Below, piece by piece: positions 50,095 through 64,000 of a stretch of 64,000 nt of DNA (position 1 is its first letter; the number at the start of each line of letters is the position of its first letter). The notes under the pieces are model-generated. The model searched no databases. It worked only from the letters and a program-made list of their open reading frames with translations, and was not told the DNA's origin. The stretch is from the NCBI GenBank assembly GCA_964016885.1, contig OZ024742.1, positions 364,994,001 through 365,058,000 of the forward strand, given 5' to 3'. Source of the DNA: Eledone cirrhosa. Taxonomy: Eukaryota. The translations under genes were made by a program, and so were the position numbers.

Positions 50095-53000
50095 AGACCT
50101 GTTTTTGTTTCGCTCCTGCATTTTGTTGGATATTTGTTATGAGAAGCTGTAGGTTTGTTAATTAACTTGTTATTTGTTTTGTTTAACGCCTCGCCTGGGC
50201 CTGCAAACGTTGGGTAAAATAAATTTCGCCCCTTTCTGGGGCGAAATTTAATAGTTATAATTTGTCTATGAAAAGTCGTTTGGCGGTAATGGATTCCATT
50301 AATACACCGCATACGACATATGCCCCCCCCCCCCCCCAGGAAAGTGATAGAGAGAGGGTAGCAGCACAACGCTCTAAGCCTTCCCTCCTCACTCCCGCAA
50401 AAGACACTATGAACACGGAATTAAAAGAAAAATTTGTGGAAATGGATGCAAACCCCAAAATTTACAATTACGCAAACAAGAACAACAATGACAATAAGAA
50501 GTTGGATGTCTAAATGTTTATAAGAGTTGGATGTTTATATGTGCGCGGCCTGGGATGTCCTGGAAGCAGGGCGACCTCAGGTCGCACAGAATGGATGTAT
50601 TAGCTATTTGCGAGTCCAGAATCAGCAGCGAGCACCAACTGGCTCCCATCTTCGACAACTTTGAGATCTATGCATCTCTCTGTCAGCCGGGAGGGGGGGG
50701 GGGGGTGTCGTTCTGCTGCGAAACCACCTGGGACTCGCAAAATAGAAGGTACACCTGGACCCGGAGGTTCGACTGGTGGTTCTAGACGTCGGCAGTGGTG
50801 AAGGTGGAGCCTTCAGGCTGGTGGCAGCGTATGCCCCATCTGGGACACCGTGACCGGACTTCTTCCAACGTCTAGAGACTTTTCTGAGAACGTCCCGCTC
50901 CTTGCTTTTAGTGGGGGACTGGAATGGTATCCTGGATGCACGTTGGGACTAAGTAGGGGCATGTCCCGATAGAGGGGGGTGAACCAGCCTCAAACGGTTA
51001 ATCGGCCGATTTGACCTGGCCGATAGATATCGACTAGATTTTCCGACAGTGCCACTGTGGACGTGGACTAATTAAAGCGGAACATCTAGGTCGTACCTAG
51101 ATAGGTTCCTAGTTAAAAATACGGAGAGGGACATATTAAGCTGTCCACGAATGTTCATGGTTGACTATTCGGATGACAAGTTACTGACCTGCGTAGTTAA
51201 CCTTGATAGAACCCTTAGACAGGGACCCGGTTACTGGAAGCTAAACTTGTCCTTACCGACAAACAAAGCTTACAGTAAACGGATTAGCACTTTAGTTAAG
51301 CAGCGGTTGACGGGGGAAAGTATCAACAGCAGGTGATGGGGCTCTCTCAAGAGAGCAATTAGAATAGAATCGATAGGTTTTAGTCAGGAATTAGCATTAG
51401 ATAGGAAGAGAACTGAAAGGGAATTTAGAGATAGAGTGGCGATTAGAAATGGCAACGTGACCAGCGTGTTAGCGTCAAGAACGGCCCTAGACCAGTTCTT
51501 TGACGCGAAGCACGAGGGCTGCATTGTCAGGAGTAAAATACGTGCTCTGGGTAACGAGGGAGCCAAAGCTGTTAGCTGGGCCCGAGTGACAGAGGCAAAA
51601 GGTAGAAACAAGTCCACGATTCGGTCTTTGAAGGACCAGGATGGACGTCTGATCCTTGAACCTCAGCGGATGTACGCGGTCTTTCATCGGCGCTTTGCAC
51701 GACTGTTCGGGCAGGGCGGCGGGCCGGGTGAGACCATGGATTTCGGTCCATACCTCGACGGTCTGCCACGGCTCTCGGACGGGGAGGCGAAGTCCTGCGA
51801 AAGGCCGATTTCAGTCGCTGAAATAGGGGAACCACTGAGCCGATGCGGCAAACGCAAATCTCCGGGTCTCGATGGTCTACCATACAAACTTTATGTAGCG
51901 ATGCCGGACTTGTTCTCCGATCTCCTCTAGGCGGTCTACTGCAACTGGCAACAGAACGGGAGAATTCCCAGTTCTGTGACCAAGGGCGTAGTCACGCTAG
52001 TGAGGAAGGACGAGAACAAGGGGGATGACATAGATAACTTCAGGCCCATAACTCTGCTGAATACAGAGTTAAAGATTTTGGCCAAGGTGTTAGAGAAGAG
52101 GTTGGCGCTTGTCGTCGGCAACCTGGTGGGAGAAGCACAGACATGTGCAATCCCGTCCAGGTCCATACACGACAACCTCCACCTCATGTGATACATCGTA
52201 GAGAGGATAGGGAATGAACCCGGCTTTGGTGGGGCCCTGATCAACTTGGATCAATCTAAGGCGTTTGATAGGGTCGACCATCGGTACCTGGATGCGGTGC
52301 ACGCGGTGGCAGGCTTCGGACCCGTTTTCAGGAGCTTGATTGCTGCAATACACAGCAGCGACACCTGTTCGAGGGTCACGGTGAACGGCTACCTCACGGA
52401 GCCGTTCCAAATCACGCGATCCTTCCGACAGGGATGCCCTCTCTCCTCCTTTCTGTATGTGCTGGCTCTCGAGCCACTACTGCGGAATTTGGAGCTGTTC
52501 CAGGGCATCCCCTTGGAACCGGGATTGCGGAAAGCGGTGTCGGCCTACGCCGATGATGTGACTGTAATAGTGTCGTGCGCCTCGGAAATCGGGAAGATCG
52601 GCACCTTACTGGAGGAATACGAAAGGTTTAGAGGAGCCAAGCTGACCCGAGACAAGTCCGTCGGTTTGCAACTCGGAACATGGAGAGGCAAACCGATGCC
52701 CTCCAACGGCGTTGTCGGACGCTGGACAACGGGACCGGTAAAGCTGCTCGGGGTCTGGTTCGGACCAGACCTCCAAGTTGAGAAAAACTGGGACGAGGTA
52801 ACGGGCAGGGTGTTTGCACTCGCCCAGAAGTGGGCCGAGTAAAAACTATCCCTGCACAGTCGAGCGGAGGTGGCGAACACTTATATAGCGTCCGTCATCT
52901 ACTACCGCTTGACCGTCGTGCCTTGCCCAGCGAAAACGCTCGCCAAAATGGAGCGCGCGCTCTTCCAATTCCTTTGGAAAAAGCGGGCCGCTTTGGTGAG

Positions 53001-54170
53001 AAGATCCATCTGCTGTCAACACCCTTCGAACGGAAAGCAGGGGATGCCATGGCTGATGATGCGTAAACACGCATTAAGGCTACGACACCTCCAGGTATTC
53101 CTCATCGGTCAACCGGTGTGGACCCCTTTTGTGAGGCGAGCCTTTCTGAGACTCGTCTCACTCACCGAGCTGCAATCCTGGGTCAAGCAAAGACCGAGAA
53201 AAGTGGGCGACTGGCACATTGAATGAGCCCAGGCGCTCACGGCCCTCTGGCAAGCGGATCCGGCAATCAGTGGAGACTCCACCTCAACATTCTATAGAGG
53301 GTTGGTGCGAAGCAAGTGCGACGACGTTCTCGGAGAAGCTCTGGGCATGGAGGAAGACGAACTAGCCAGTCTGTTCAGTAGGACGTTTGGCCCGGGACCG
53401 ATGGACAACTTCCAAGAGTCCCTGGATTAGCAGTGCTACCGAGGAGCTCTACCCGTTCGGGACAAGCCCTACAGACACGGGCGCCCGGGTAAGGACCCCT
53501 CGAAAAAGATCTGTCCGAGATGCGTGCGTGACGAGAAAACCGTCGCGCACGCATTCGTACACTGCCCGGGCGTTGCAGACCTGTGGGGCTATGTGGAACG
53601 ACTACTGTCGCGGGTGGGACCAATCCAGTTGACCGCCGAGTCCATTGTCATGATCAAACCGCCTCCCCACTTCAAAAGCGAAGGAGATTGGTTTTCCTCT
53701 GTGTGATAGCTATGGCTAAAGTGGTTGTATGATGGACGAGGTTGAAAGGGCTGAGGTCAGACACCTTTCTCTCCGGCCAACAGGTGTTTTTTTTTTTCAA
53801 ATATCATTTTACAAGAAGGATCAGAATGGAGAGAGAGGTGCTCTACCCCAGCAAGTTTTATGAAAGGTGGGTGAAAGTGGCGAGAATGGCCCAAGTGAAT
53901 GGGCCTTCTCTCTATATCAGCCTGTAGGTGAGAGAGGAGAAGAAGGAGGAGAGGAAGGGAGCAACCGCTCTTTGTGCACCTGAAGAGGAGTGTTGCACAT
54001 TTTTTTCAGGAGGGGTGTGCGACCCACGTCAACGCCCCCTCCCTATTGAGGACTTCGATTGTTAAATTTGATTTATTATATGTTTTTTTACACGTCTTTT
54101 GAAATGTTTGTAAACACCCCCCCTTGTATTTGTCCCAATCTTTGATCCTCTGGTGGCAAATAAATAGAAA
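50095..54170 (+). mobile_element. Tx1-like copy B, ORF1 mostly deleted, ORF2 degraded
   Basis: APE motifs (ICESR, AYAP, GDWN, SYLDRF) and RT motifs (NFRPITLLNTE, DQSKAFDRVDH, QGCPLS, AYADD); flanked by TATC repeats. Confidence 0.9.
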
Positions 54171-54182
54171 ATTATCTATCTA

Positions 54183-55142
54183 TGAGTGCCTTCAGGCGCT
54201 CACAGCCCTCTACCAAGCGGAAAAGGCAATCAGCGAAGACTCCACTTCGACATTCTATAGGGGATTAGTGGAGAATAAGTGCGACGACGTTCTCGGCAAA
54301 ACTCTAGGCATCGAGGAGGACGAACTGACCAGTCTGTTCGGGAGGACTTTCCATCCAGGGCCTATGGATAGCTTCCAGAGTTCTCTGGCCTGGCAGTGCT
54401 ACCGAGGAGCTCTACCAGTTCGAGACAAAATCTGCAGGCACGGACGCCCTGGCAGAGATCCTGCCAAAAGGATCTGACCAAGATGCGAGCAGGATATCAA
54501 AACCGTTCTGCACGCAATTTTTCAGTGCCCAGGGGTGACCAACCTGTGGAATTATGTCGAACAGCTACTGTCACGTGTGGGACGCATCCAGTTGTCAGCC
54601 GAGTCCATCGTGAGGATCAACCCGCCGCCTTCATTTAAGAATGAATGAGAGGCGGTTTTCCTCTCTCTGGCTATGGCGAAAGAGGTAATATGGTGGACGA
54701 GGTTAAAAGGACTGAGGGCAAACACCTTTCTCTCCGGACAACAACTTATCGCCTTCTTTAAGTACCACTTCAGAAGGAAGCTGAGAGTGGAGAGAGAGGT
54801 GCTATACTCCAGTAAATTCGCTGAAAGGTGGGTGAATGTGGCGAAAATGGCCTGAATGAATGGGCCTTCTCTGTATATAAACCTGTAGGTTGAGGAAGAT
54901 AAACAGAGGGGAGAAAGGAACACCTACAAAACGTTTTCCTGGTGTTGGGGGTTGTTGTATCCACGGGGTGTAAAACAACCCTGCAGAAACGTTCCCCTCT
55001 ATTGGGGATTTCAATTGTTATTTTATTATATATAGTTTATTGTTATTTATTAATGTTAAAGTTATATGATTTTTATGTAAAACCCCCGCCATCACGTCTT
55101 GTAATGTCCCATTTTTGTACGCCCCTGTGGAAAATAAAGAAA
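54183..55142 (+). mobile_element. Tx1-like copy C, 3' fragment
   Basis: ECLQALTALYQA..WQCYRGALPVRDK..ERWVNVAKMA; ends AATAAAGAAAG-(TATC)n. Confidence 0.88.
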
Positions 55143-55313
55143 GATATCTATCTATCTATCTATCTACTATCACTATGTATTTTTCTCTAAGTATAGTTTT
55201 TACAAAGAATCCCCATTCTTTAAATCAGCCAATGACCCCCCCCCCCCCATCCCAATCACCACCTTCACCAACCACCAGAAAATTATAAATACCAACATAT
55301 CACATTCACACTC

Positions 55314-55443
55314 GGCTTTCCTGATGATTTTCTTCGAATGAAAAGTGCTAGTCCTGTAGAAGCCATTTCTATATTAAACATTTATATTCTGCTATGTATT
55401 GAGTACCTTATTTACTGTGGTTACTCCGACTGAACCCGGGATA
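55314..55443 (+). ncRNA. HHR-containing pLTR fragment (same family as 36075-36276)
   Basis: GGCTTTC-CTGATGA-...-GAAA-..CTG-TA-GAAGCC with a degenerate stem III. The downstream sequence matches the reverse complement of 36075-36150. Confidence 0.65.
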
Positions 55444-55464
55444 CACACACACGCATATATATAT

Positions 55465-55523
55465 ATATATGTAAGTATGTATGTATACGTACATACATAT
55501 ATGTATACAGACGTACAGTAGCA

Positions 55524-55584
<61 letters not shown>

Positions 55585-56020
55585 GTACACATATATATAT
55601 GTACGTATCAGTTTAGCGAACGTTTATTATAACGCCCGCTTTGTCCGTTTGTAAACAAGCGAACAGCCTGATTTATGCCATACGGTGTTAAGGCAACCAC
55701 GTCACATTTTTTTTTTTTTTTCTGTTCAACACTGACACAGGAATGATGTACTAGTTTCAAGCTTGTTAGCTATCATCAGCACCGTATACCCTTCTGCCAG
55801 ATAGTTGAACGTTCGAAAGTATATACTTTCCTTATGAAAATTAACGGCTGAGCAGCCTAATTTGCATATCGAGTGAGTTCAGTCGGCCAGGCGTACCGAA
55901 AACGATAAGTTGTAATATAATGAAACGAAATTTCATTTCTCACTCTTAGTACGGCACTTACTTAAATGTAAGTATGTATGTATACGTACATACATATATG
56001 TATACAGACGTACAGTATCA

Positions 56021-56066
<46 letters not shown>

Positions 56067-56263
56067 CAGGTACACATATATATATGTACGTATCAGTTTA
56101 GCGAACGTTTATTATAACGCCCGCTTTGTCCGTTTGTAAACAAGCGAACAGCCTGATTTATGCCATACGGTGTTAAGGCAACCACGTCACCTTTTTGTTC
56201 AACACTGACACAGGAGTGCCGTACTAAGAGTGAGAAATGAAATTTCGTTTCATTATATTACAA

Positions 56264-56266
<3 letters not shown>
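55465..56266 (-). mobile_element. HHR tandem-repeat (retrozyme-like) locus 3
   Basis: About 1.6 units; HHR at 55743-55785 (CTGATGA..GAAA-CTAG-TA); inverted terminus at ~56215-56266. Confidence 0.85.
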
Positions 56267-56304
<38 letters not shown>

Positions 56305-56564
56305 GCAATTTTTTTGCATGAATTTTCACATACTGAATTCATTTGCCAAAATCTGGGGTTTTTCCCCTGTGTGTTACACATATGGTTTTACAAAACAATG
56401 AGTCATCCACAACACTGACGCTGAACAAAATACCTGTTGATAACGTGATATTCCTCGTTCGATCATTATACCAAAAGCTTATTGTTTTAGGCAGACAGTA
56501 TTATTGATTTAGGTGTCGCAGAAACCCTGTACTGGATTTGACCATAATTCCAGGGGTCCAGGTT

Positions 56565-56656
<92 letters not shown>

Positions 56657-56872
56657 GAATATGTCATTTATTTTGTCTGACCTGTTTAGCTTTACTTGTT
56701 TTTTGGCTTAGGTGGTTAATGGCTTCTTGACCGCCTTCTCAGTTTGTATGTCTTTTATAACCTATGTTTATTGCTCTGGTCTTTTTTATACCATGGAGCG
56801 CTTGCCAGCATGATTCGGAATTTGCGTTACGTTTCGCTTTTTCTAACCGCTGAAATGCGATTCTCGCTGAAT

Positions 56873-56905
<33 letters not shown>

Positions 56906-56957
56906 AAGTAAAATCCGCCGTATTCCAGCAACCTAATCCGAGATGAACGATCTTCAT

Positions 56958-57272
56958 GGGAACTTTGGAACTATGGAATCTTGGTACTCTGGAACTAGTG
57001 AACTTTGGAACTTTGGAACTATGGAACTATGGAAATCTGGAACTCTGGAACTAGGGAATTAGGGAACTTTGGAACTATGGAACATTGGAAATTTGGAACT
57101 ATGGAACTATGGAAATTTGGAACTATGGAACTATGGAAGTTTGGAACTATGGAACTATGGAAGTTTGGAACTATGGAACTTCGGAACTCTGGAACTCTGG
57201 AACTATGGAACTATGGAACTTTGGAACTTTGGATCTATGGAACTATGGAATTATGGAACTCTGAAACTATGA
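56958..57272. repeat. 8-bp degenerate tandem repeat (GGAACTAT/GGAACTTT)
   Basis: Read directly. Confidence 0.93.
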
Positions 57273-57703
57273 AAGTAGAACATTTCTCGTTCTCAACTTA
57301 GTCCAAATGTTCTGCCATATTTCAATATCTAGAGATTATTTATAGATCGTGATTTAAATATGTTTATGTTATTTAAATGTATAACCGAGGTAAATTCAAT
57401 GTTGCACTTCATGTTTTCCATCAGCAAACTTGTGTCGATCCCTTGAGAAATAAGACCTGAAATGAAATATTTTCATATTCCACTGACCATAAAACCACAC
57501 ATGAAGATGTTATGAGAATATGAGAGCTGAATAACTAATTAATTATACTCTTAATTAGTATTCGTTGTTTGTGAATTGATGGCTTTCAAAATTGGTTTAC
57601 TAATCCACTTTGTTCTTTTACTCAATATCTTGTTAATAGTCTTTGAAATCTAGCTAGCTAAATAGAAATTTCGCTTAGTAGATACACACGTGCGAACACA
57701 CCC

Positions 57704-57756
<53 letters not shown>

Positions 57757-57757
<1 letters not shown>

Positions 57758-59286
57758 CGTTTCTGAATTTGTTTAGCAAGATTCTTTATCTGAAAACGTG
57801 TGTTGAAACCGATATTGTTATATTTAAACTTAAACTTAAAGAACAATTAGAAGACAGGAACCTCTTAACCCTGATAATGTACTCCCGCTACGTTGATGAT
57901 ATAGACATCGTAGTAAAAACATCCCCACTATAGAACAGTCAGGAATTAGAGAAAAACACCATGGAAAGCATCCAGCAAATAGCTAACTCCATCCACCAGA
58001 GTATTAGAGTTACTATAGACTACCCAAGCAAACACCCCAACCATCGATTACCTGTACTAAACACAGAGCTCTGGTTAGATACTATCAATAACAAAAAACA
58101 GATCCTGCATTCCCATTATGCCAAACCCATGACTTCCAAATATCTGATCCACCGAAACTCAGCTGTTTCGGACCACACCAAAATCAGCATACTGATTGCG
58201 GATTTGGTACGGGTCATGAGAAACGTGTCCCGCATGTGCAACCCCAAAGAACTAGAGAGACACATACAACACTTCATCCACCGTATGCAGTTCTCTGGTT
58301 ACAACCAGAGAGATAACATCAGATTATATAGAGGAGCCAGAACCAAATGGGAAAAAATGGTAAATAATGATACAAATGGGACCTTTCCCCTTGTATAGGA
58401 GCAAATTTTGGAATAGAATAGAAAGAACTAGGAATAAGGTTAATAGAATAAACTCATGGAATGATAGCAATAAATACCAGAGTGTAATGTTCATCAATAC
58501 AACCCCTAGAGGTGAATTAGCTTACAAATTCAGAAGGGCCCTAGATAAACATAAACTCAATATTAAGATAGTAGAAAGACCAGGTACCTCCATAAAAACA
58601 CTTATTAGCAATACATACCCTTTTCAAAGACCTCCCTGTATAGATAAGAAATGTATAATCTGTGAACTAAGCCCCAATATTAACTGTAAAACTAGAAATG
58701 TAGTATATAGCATAAGATGTACTGAAGGACAATGTAGAGATAAGAATATAGTGTACATAGGTGAAGCAGCTCGTAGTATAGGGGAACGGATAAATTAACA
58801 CTGGCGAGAGCTTCAAGATAGTAAAGAATCATCTGTACTCTACCAACATGCTAAAATAGAACATAGGGGTAAATTAAAGAACATAGAAATAAAAATAGAA
58901 TCTACACACAGAAAAGACGCAATGTTTAGACAAATCACAGAGGCAATAAACATAAATGACCTCCAACCAAAATTAAATAGAAAGCATGAATGGAATAGCA
59001 ACATCACAACTTACAATCAAGGACAAATGCAAACACACACACACACTCACACATACACACACACACATAGAACAAACAACCAACCAGTAACATGTAAATA
59101 AAAAAATAAACAAATATAAACACACACAGACACCCGGATGTAACACATGCGCAAACTAAGCACACAACACACACACAAAACAATGGCGTAGGACAGAACA
59201 AAGAAGAGACACAAAAACAAAGACAAGAATCCCCAGTCACTGAAGAGGTCACAGAATGTGTGACGCAAGAACTTTGACAATATACG

Positions 59287-59288
<2 letters not shown>
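57757..59288 (+). mobile_element. 5'-truncated Penelope-like element, same family as 21228-22722
   Basis: RYVDD (57889), LPVLNTELW, PLYRSKFWNR, SVMFINTTPRG, VVYSIRC..YIGEAARS. HHR-like motif at 59236-59278. An inverted pLTR piece at 57757-57830 is similar to 21228-21285. Confidence 0.85.
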
Positions 59289-59363
<75 letters not shown>

Positions 59364-59386
59364 CTATCTATATATATATACATATA

Positions 59387-60149
<763 letters not shown>

Positions 60150-60150
60150 A

Positions 60151-60763
60151 ATGGTGGCTGCCAACTCGTTTTCGAGTACGGCCACTACTTCATATCCATG
60201 TAGGAGAACCCCTACTGATGCGCTGAACGAGTGTGACTTTTTAGTCCAGCCAGCGACTTGAAAACTCTGATACAAACACTACACTTGTGACAATTATTGA
60301 CACATAGTGCTGGGCCCATGGTACCATGTGACGACAAGTTTAGAGAGATCTCCAGATATAAAGCAATGCCTGTGTCGTGAAGCTTTTATAGTGAGCAAAG
60401 GCACTGCACAAAGCCAGTCCCACTCTCTTAACCAAGATGATATTTACCAAAAAGAAGAACAAGTCAACATCATTGGATACCATCAGGGTTGCAGGTGTTA
60501 TATCAGAGTTTTCCTTCTCCTAGAATTCTGCCTTGACAAAGGCTAAGAGGTCATTCTCCCGGTGATTTTGGATGGCCACTGACTCTTAAGAGCTCCTTTG
60601 CCCTTTGACAGGTTTTGTTTTTAGTCCTGCAGGATGTCCAAGGTCACCCTCTTCACCAAGAAACCTTGGTGGGGTTGCCAGTTTAGTCGCCAACGACCCG
60701 ACCATGAGACAGCTTGTACTGGGATGCATGTTACCAGTAGCACCCACTGGTGACCTGATATAA
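60151..60763 (-). mobile_element. Non-autonomous RTE-derived element, longer copy
   Basis: 60151-60560 is the reverse complement of 1885-2293, with ~200 bp of extra 5' sequence. Confidence 0.65.
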
Positions 60764-60814
60764 CAAATATATATATACATACATACATACATATATGTAT
60801 GTATATATATATAC

Positions 60815-60859
<45 letters not shown>

Positions 60860-61365
60860 ATTAGTATATCTACCAACATATGTATACAGATGTATACTCA
60901 TGCTAGCAAATATATATGTTATGTCTTAGTACCTTTGTGGTTCTATGCAGGGGGATGCAGAACAATTATATGAAAGATGTAAAATAAGAAAATTTTAAAA
61001 ATTAAAAATTAACTTACCAACTAATTAGTTTTTGTAAGGGGATAAATATAGTTACGTAAGATAACTTTAGAGAATTCCTTACGTCATCAGGGAGTCTATT
61101 CTCAGCTAAGTTCCCAGGCAATTCGTGGACACTAGGAACCCATATAAAAATAATAATTCAGTGGATGGAACAAAGCTAGCGGGGACTAACTTTCAAAGCA
61201 CTGAAAAAATTCACTGCCTCTCTGGTCAGTGGCAGATTCTAAAGGATCAATCACGTGACACTGAGGTTAATCAGTGAGGAGTGTGGTGGTATTATGACAA
61301 TAGCCTACGTGATTTTAGTAAGTAAGTTAATTTTTAATCTTTAAAATATTCTTATTTTACATCTT

Positions 61366-61408
<43 letters not shown>

Positions 61409-61441
61409 TGAGAGAAAGAGCGAGAGAGAGAGAGAGAGAGG

Positions 61442-61579
<138 letters not shown>

Positions 61580-61681
61580 CAAGATGTATGGTAGGTCGTA
61601 TGTGAATCGCGATGATCACGCTTGACCTACCAAATATGTGACGGTAGCTAGTTAAGCTCTATGCGTATAGGCAGAGCAGAA

Positions 61682-63029
61682 ATATTAATGAAAAAGAACA
61701 AAGGAACTATTATGACATTATAACAAGTTTATTGCCGACAGCCGTTTCGTCCGACCATATGGTGGGACTTTTCAAGGCATATAACATGTGATTGTAAGTT
61801 CATTATTTACATCAACGTTTCACTCAAGATTAGCAGTTTGAAATTGTGGTATACATCAACAGCTCCGCTTGTATATTTGGGGTCTATATTCTAAGGGGGC
61901 TCTTTTATATTAGTTGTCGGAGTTGTAAAAGGGATGGGTTATGGGGAGTTAAGAGAATTTGAAAAGGGCCTAAGAGTCAGGGATTGAAGGTTTAAAATGA
62001 GAGAATTTATAATTTACGCATTAAAAGTAAAAGACTTGGGATCTCGTAGAAGCACCTTAAAAAATCCCTCAATAAGTGCATACAGCTTATAAGCCCCAAT
62101 AAACCTAACAAACCAGAAGAGATTAAGAGACTAAAACAATAAAAAAATAGATAAAATAAAAAAATAAAAAAATAAAAAAATAAAAATATAAAGTTTCCTA
62201 AAAAATTCCTTCGAAAGAAAAACAATTTTTTTCCCAGAGATCACGTTAAAAAATTTCAGAAAATTTACGAAGTTTTGATAATCCCTACTAAGTTGAAAGA
62301 AACTAATCAATTAAAGGTTAATTAAAAAAGCCTTCAAAAAATCCTTCAGAAAAGGTCCCTTTAATATTTTTAATAAGAACCTCTTCCGAGAGACCCTTCA
62401 AAGAATTAAAATTTTAGAGAGCTTTTAAAGATATATATAAACGAATTGAGGAAAATTACAAATTAAAAGTTAAAAATTACGGGATTTGGGAGATCCGAGG
62501 AATTTTCAAAGGGCTGCTTCAACAGATACAACTTAGGTATAATAGATAAAGTAATTTAAGTAATTTAAGTAATCTAATTAGGGAGCAATTCAAAGAGCTT
62601 ATCAAGTTGGGCAAGATTAAAGAAAATGATAAGTAAGAAAATACATAAGCAAAAAGACAATAATTATAAAATGTATTTTTAAGAAGGTATAAGGTAGCTT
62701 CAGTAATCTAATAATGTACTATCAAAAAATTATTATAAAATTATTAATATAGGATTAACAAAGACATAATAATATATTCCTGCCTAATTAACAAACAATC
62801 AATAAACAATTAACAGTCAAGCAAAATTAGCTCAGGGATATCCCGCGCTCGGATACTTTACACACATACAGCAACACATAGGATTGAGTGAAACATTGAT
62901 GTAAATAATGAACTTACAATCACATGTTATATGCCTTGAAAAGTCCCACCATATGGTCGGACGAAACGGCTGTCGGCAATAAACTTGTTATAATGTCATA
63001 ATAGTTCCTTTGTTCTTTTTCATTAATAT
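61682..63029. mobile_element. Inverted pLTR-like pair with U3-A8 HHRs
   Basis: Arms 61682-61827 and 62884-63029; HHRs at 61733-61779 (-) and 62932-62978 (+). Confidence 0.8.
62932..62978 (+). ncRNA. Hammerhead ribozyme with U3-A8 core
   Basis: TGCC-TTGAAAA-GTCC..GGAC-GAAA-CGGCTG-TC-GGCA; predicted cleavage at GUC after 62974. Confidence 0.8.
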
Positions 63030-63073
63030 ATATATATATCGAGAGCGAGAGAGAGGTGTGTGCATATGTATAT

Positions 63074-63131
<58 letters not shown>

Positions 63132-63161
63132 TGAGAGAGGGTGAGAGGTGTGTGTATATAA

Positions 63162-63263
<102 letters not shown>

Positions 63264-63292
63264 AAAAAAGGATGAAATCGAAAATGCAACTG

Positions 63293-64000
63293 GAGTCTTA
63301 TTTTAAAAAAAATATATATATTTATTTGGTTCCTTTACCTGTTTCGCAGTTCTTCTGCTTTTCAAAAGTAGAGTTGAGATGGAGGGTCTGTGGTTTTTCT
63401 CACATCGGGTTGGTCTCTGAATGTTACTTGTTTTATATGGAAAAGGATGACTCGAAACGCCAGGTTTTTAGAGAAGTAATTTGATTGGTTGGTCAATAAG
63501 TATAATAAATTCCGCGCCAGTTCGCGTAACAAAGTTCTTCAAATAAGGAGGGGGGGGGGGGGGGGTACTCAGGTTGTTTTTTCATATATGAGTGTTTGAA
63601 TTTCTTTTTACTTAAAAAAAGGGGCTCACGAAGGCTTTTTTTAATAAAAGTAATTTGATTGGTTATAAATGAAATTATGGCTGTCACGTGAACAAGATTT
63701 CATAAAATTTCGCCCCCGTATTTGGAAATTTATTCTGTAGCCTTTTTAGTGAATTTTATGACAAGCAAAATATAATAGCGCGAAATTTATTATACTTATT
63801 GACCAACTAAACAAATTACCTCTCTAAAAACCTGGCGTTTCGAGCCACTTTTTTCCATATAAAACAAGTAACATTCAGAGACCAACCAGATGTGAGAAAA
63901 ACCACAGACCCTCCATCTCAACTCTACTTTTGAAAAGCAGAAGAACTGCGAAACCGGTAAAAGAACCAAATAAATATATATATTTTTTTAAATAAGACTC
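63293..64000. mobile_element. Inverted pLTR-like pair with U3-A8 HHRs (third family; runs to the window edge)
   Basis: Arms ~63293-63517 and ~63778-64000. HHR CTT-TTGAAAA-GCAG AAGAA CTGC-GAAA-CCGG-TA-AAAG at 63927-63963, mirrored at ~63333-63368. Confidence 0.75.

Noticed and set aside
58790-58800. In-frame stop in a PLE ORF as possible selenocysteine recoding
   Set aside because: The stop is TAA at a position that is CAA (Gln) in the paralogue, not TGA at a Cys position.
60660-60745. HDV-like ribozyme in the RTE-derived 5' region (minus strand: CCAGT...GG-G-TCG TTGG CGA-CTAA-ACTGG)
   Set aside because: P2, P4 and J4/2 fit, but P3/L3 lacks the required YCC and P1 is poorly paired. It needs a family consensus before any claim.
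61050-61095. CTGATGA plus hairpin on the minus strand
   Set aside because: GAAA is replaced by GTAA, and stems I and III do not pair.

Overview
AT-rich, microsatellite-dense animal genomic DNA; the SINE and repeat style suggests a cephalopod or other mollusc (inference). I see no convincing host protein-coding gene, and most ORF-track entries are microsatellite or satellite translations. The window is a dense nest of non-LTR retroelements: four Tx1-like L1 copies, two R4/Dong-like RLE elements (one with an uninterrupted 821+ aa RT-CCHC-RLE frame), RTE and CRE-like fragments, at least six Penelope-like element (PLE) fragments, tRNA-derived SINEs, a probable non-autonomous Helitron, and a ~9.8 kb 39/55-bp satellite with a ~3.6 kb higher-order duplication. 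The main hidden signal is about 25 minimal type I hammerhead ribozyme (HHR) motifs from roughly a dozen sequence families. They include a non-coding ~420-440 bp HHR tandem-repeat family at four loci (a candidate non-LTR retrozyme / circular RNA system), three unrelated families with a compensatory U3-A8 core (UUGAAAA), and many HHRs inside inverted repeats bordered by (TA)n. All ribozyme calls were folded by eye and are untested.
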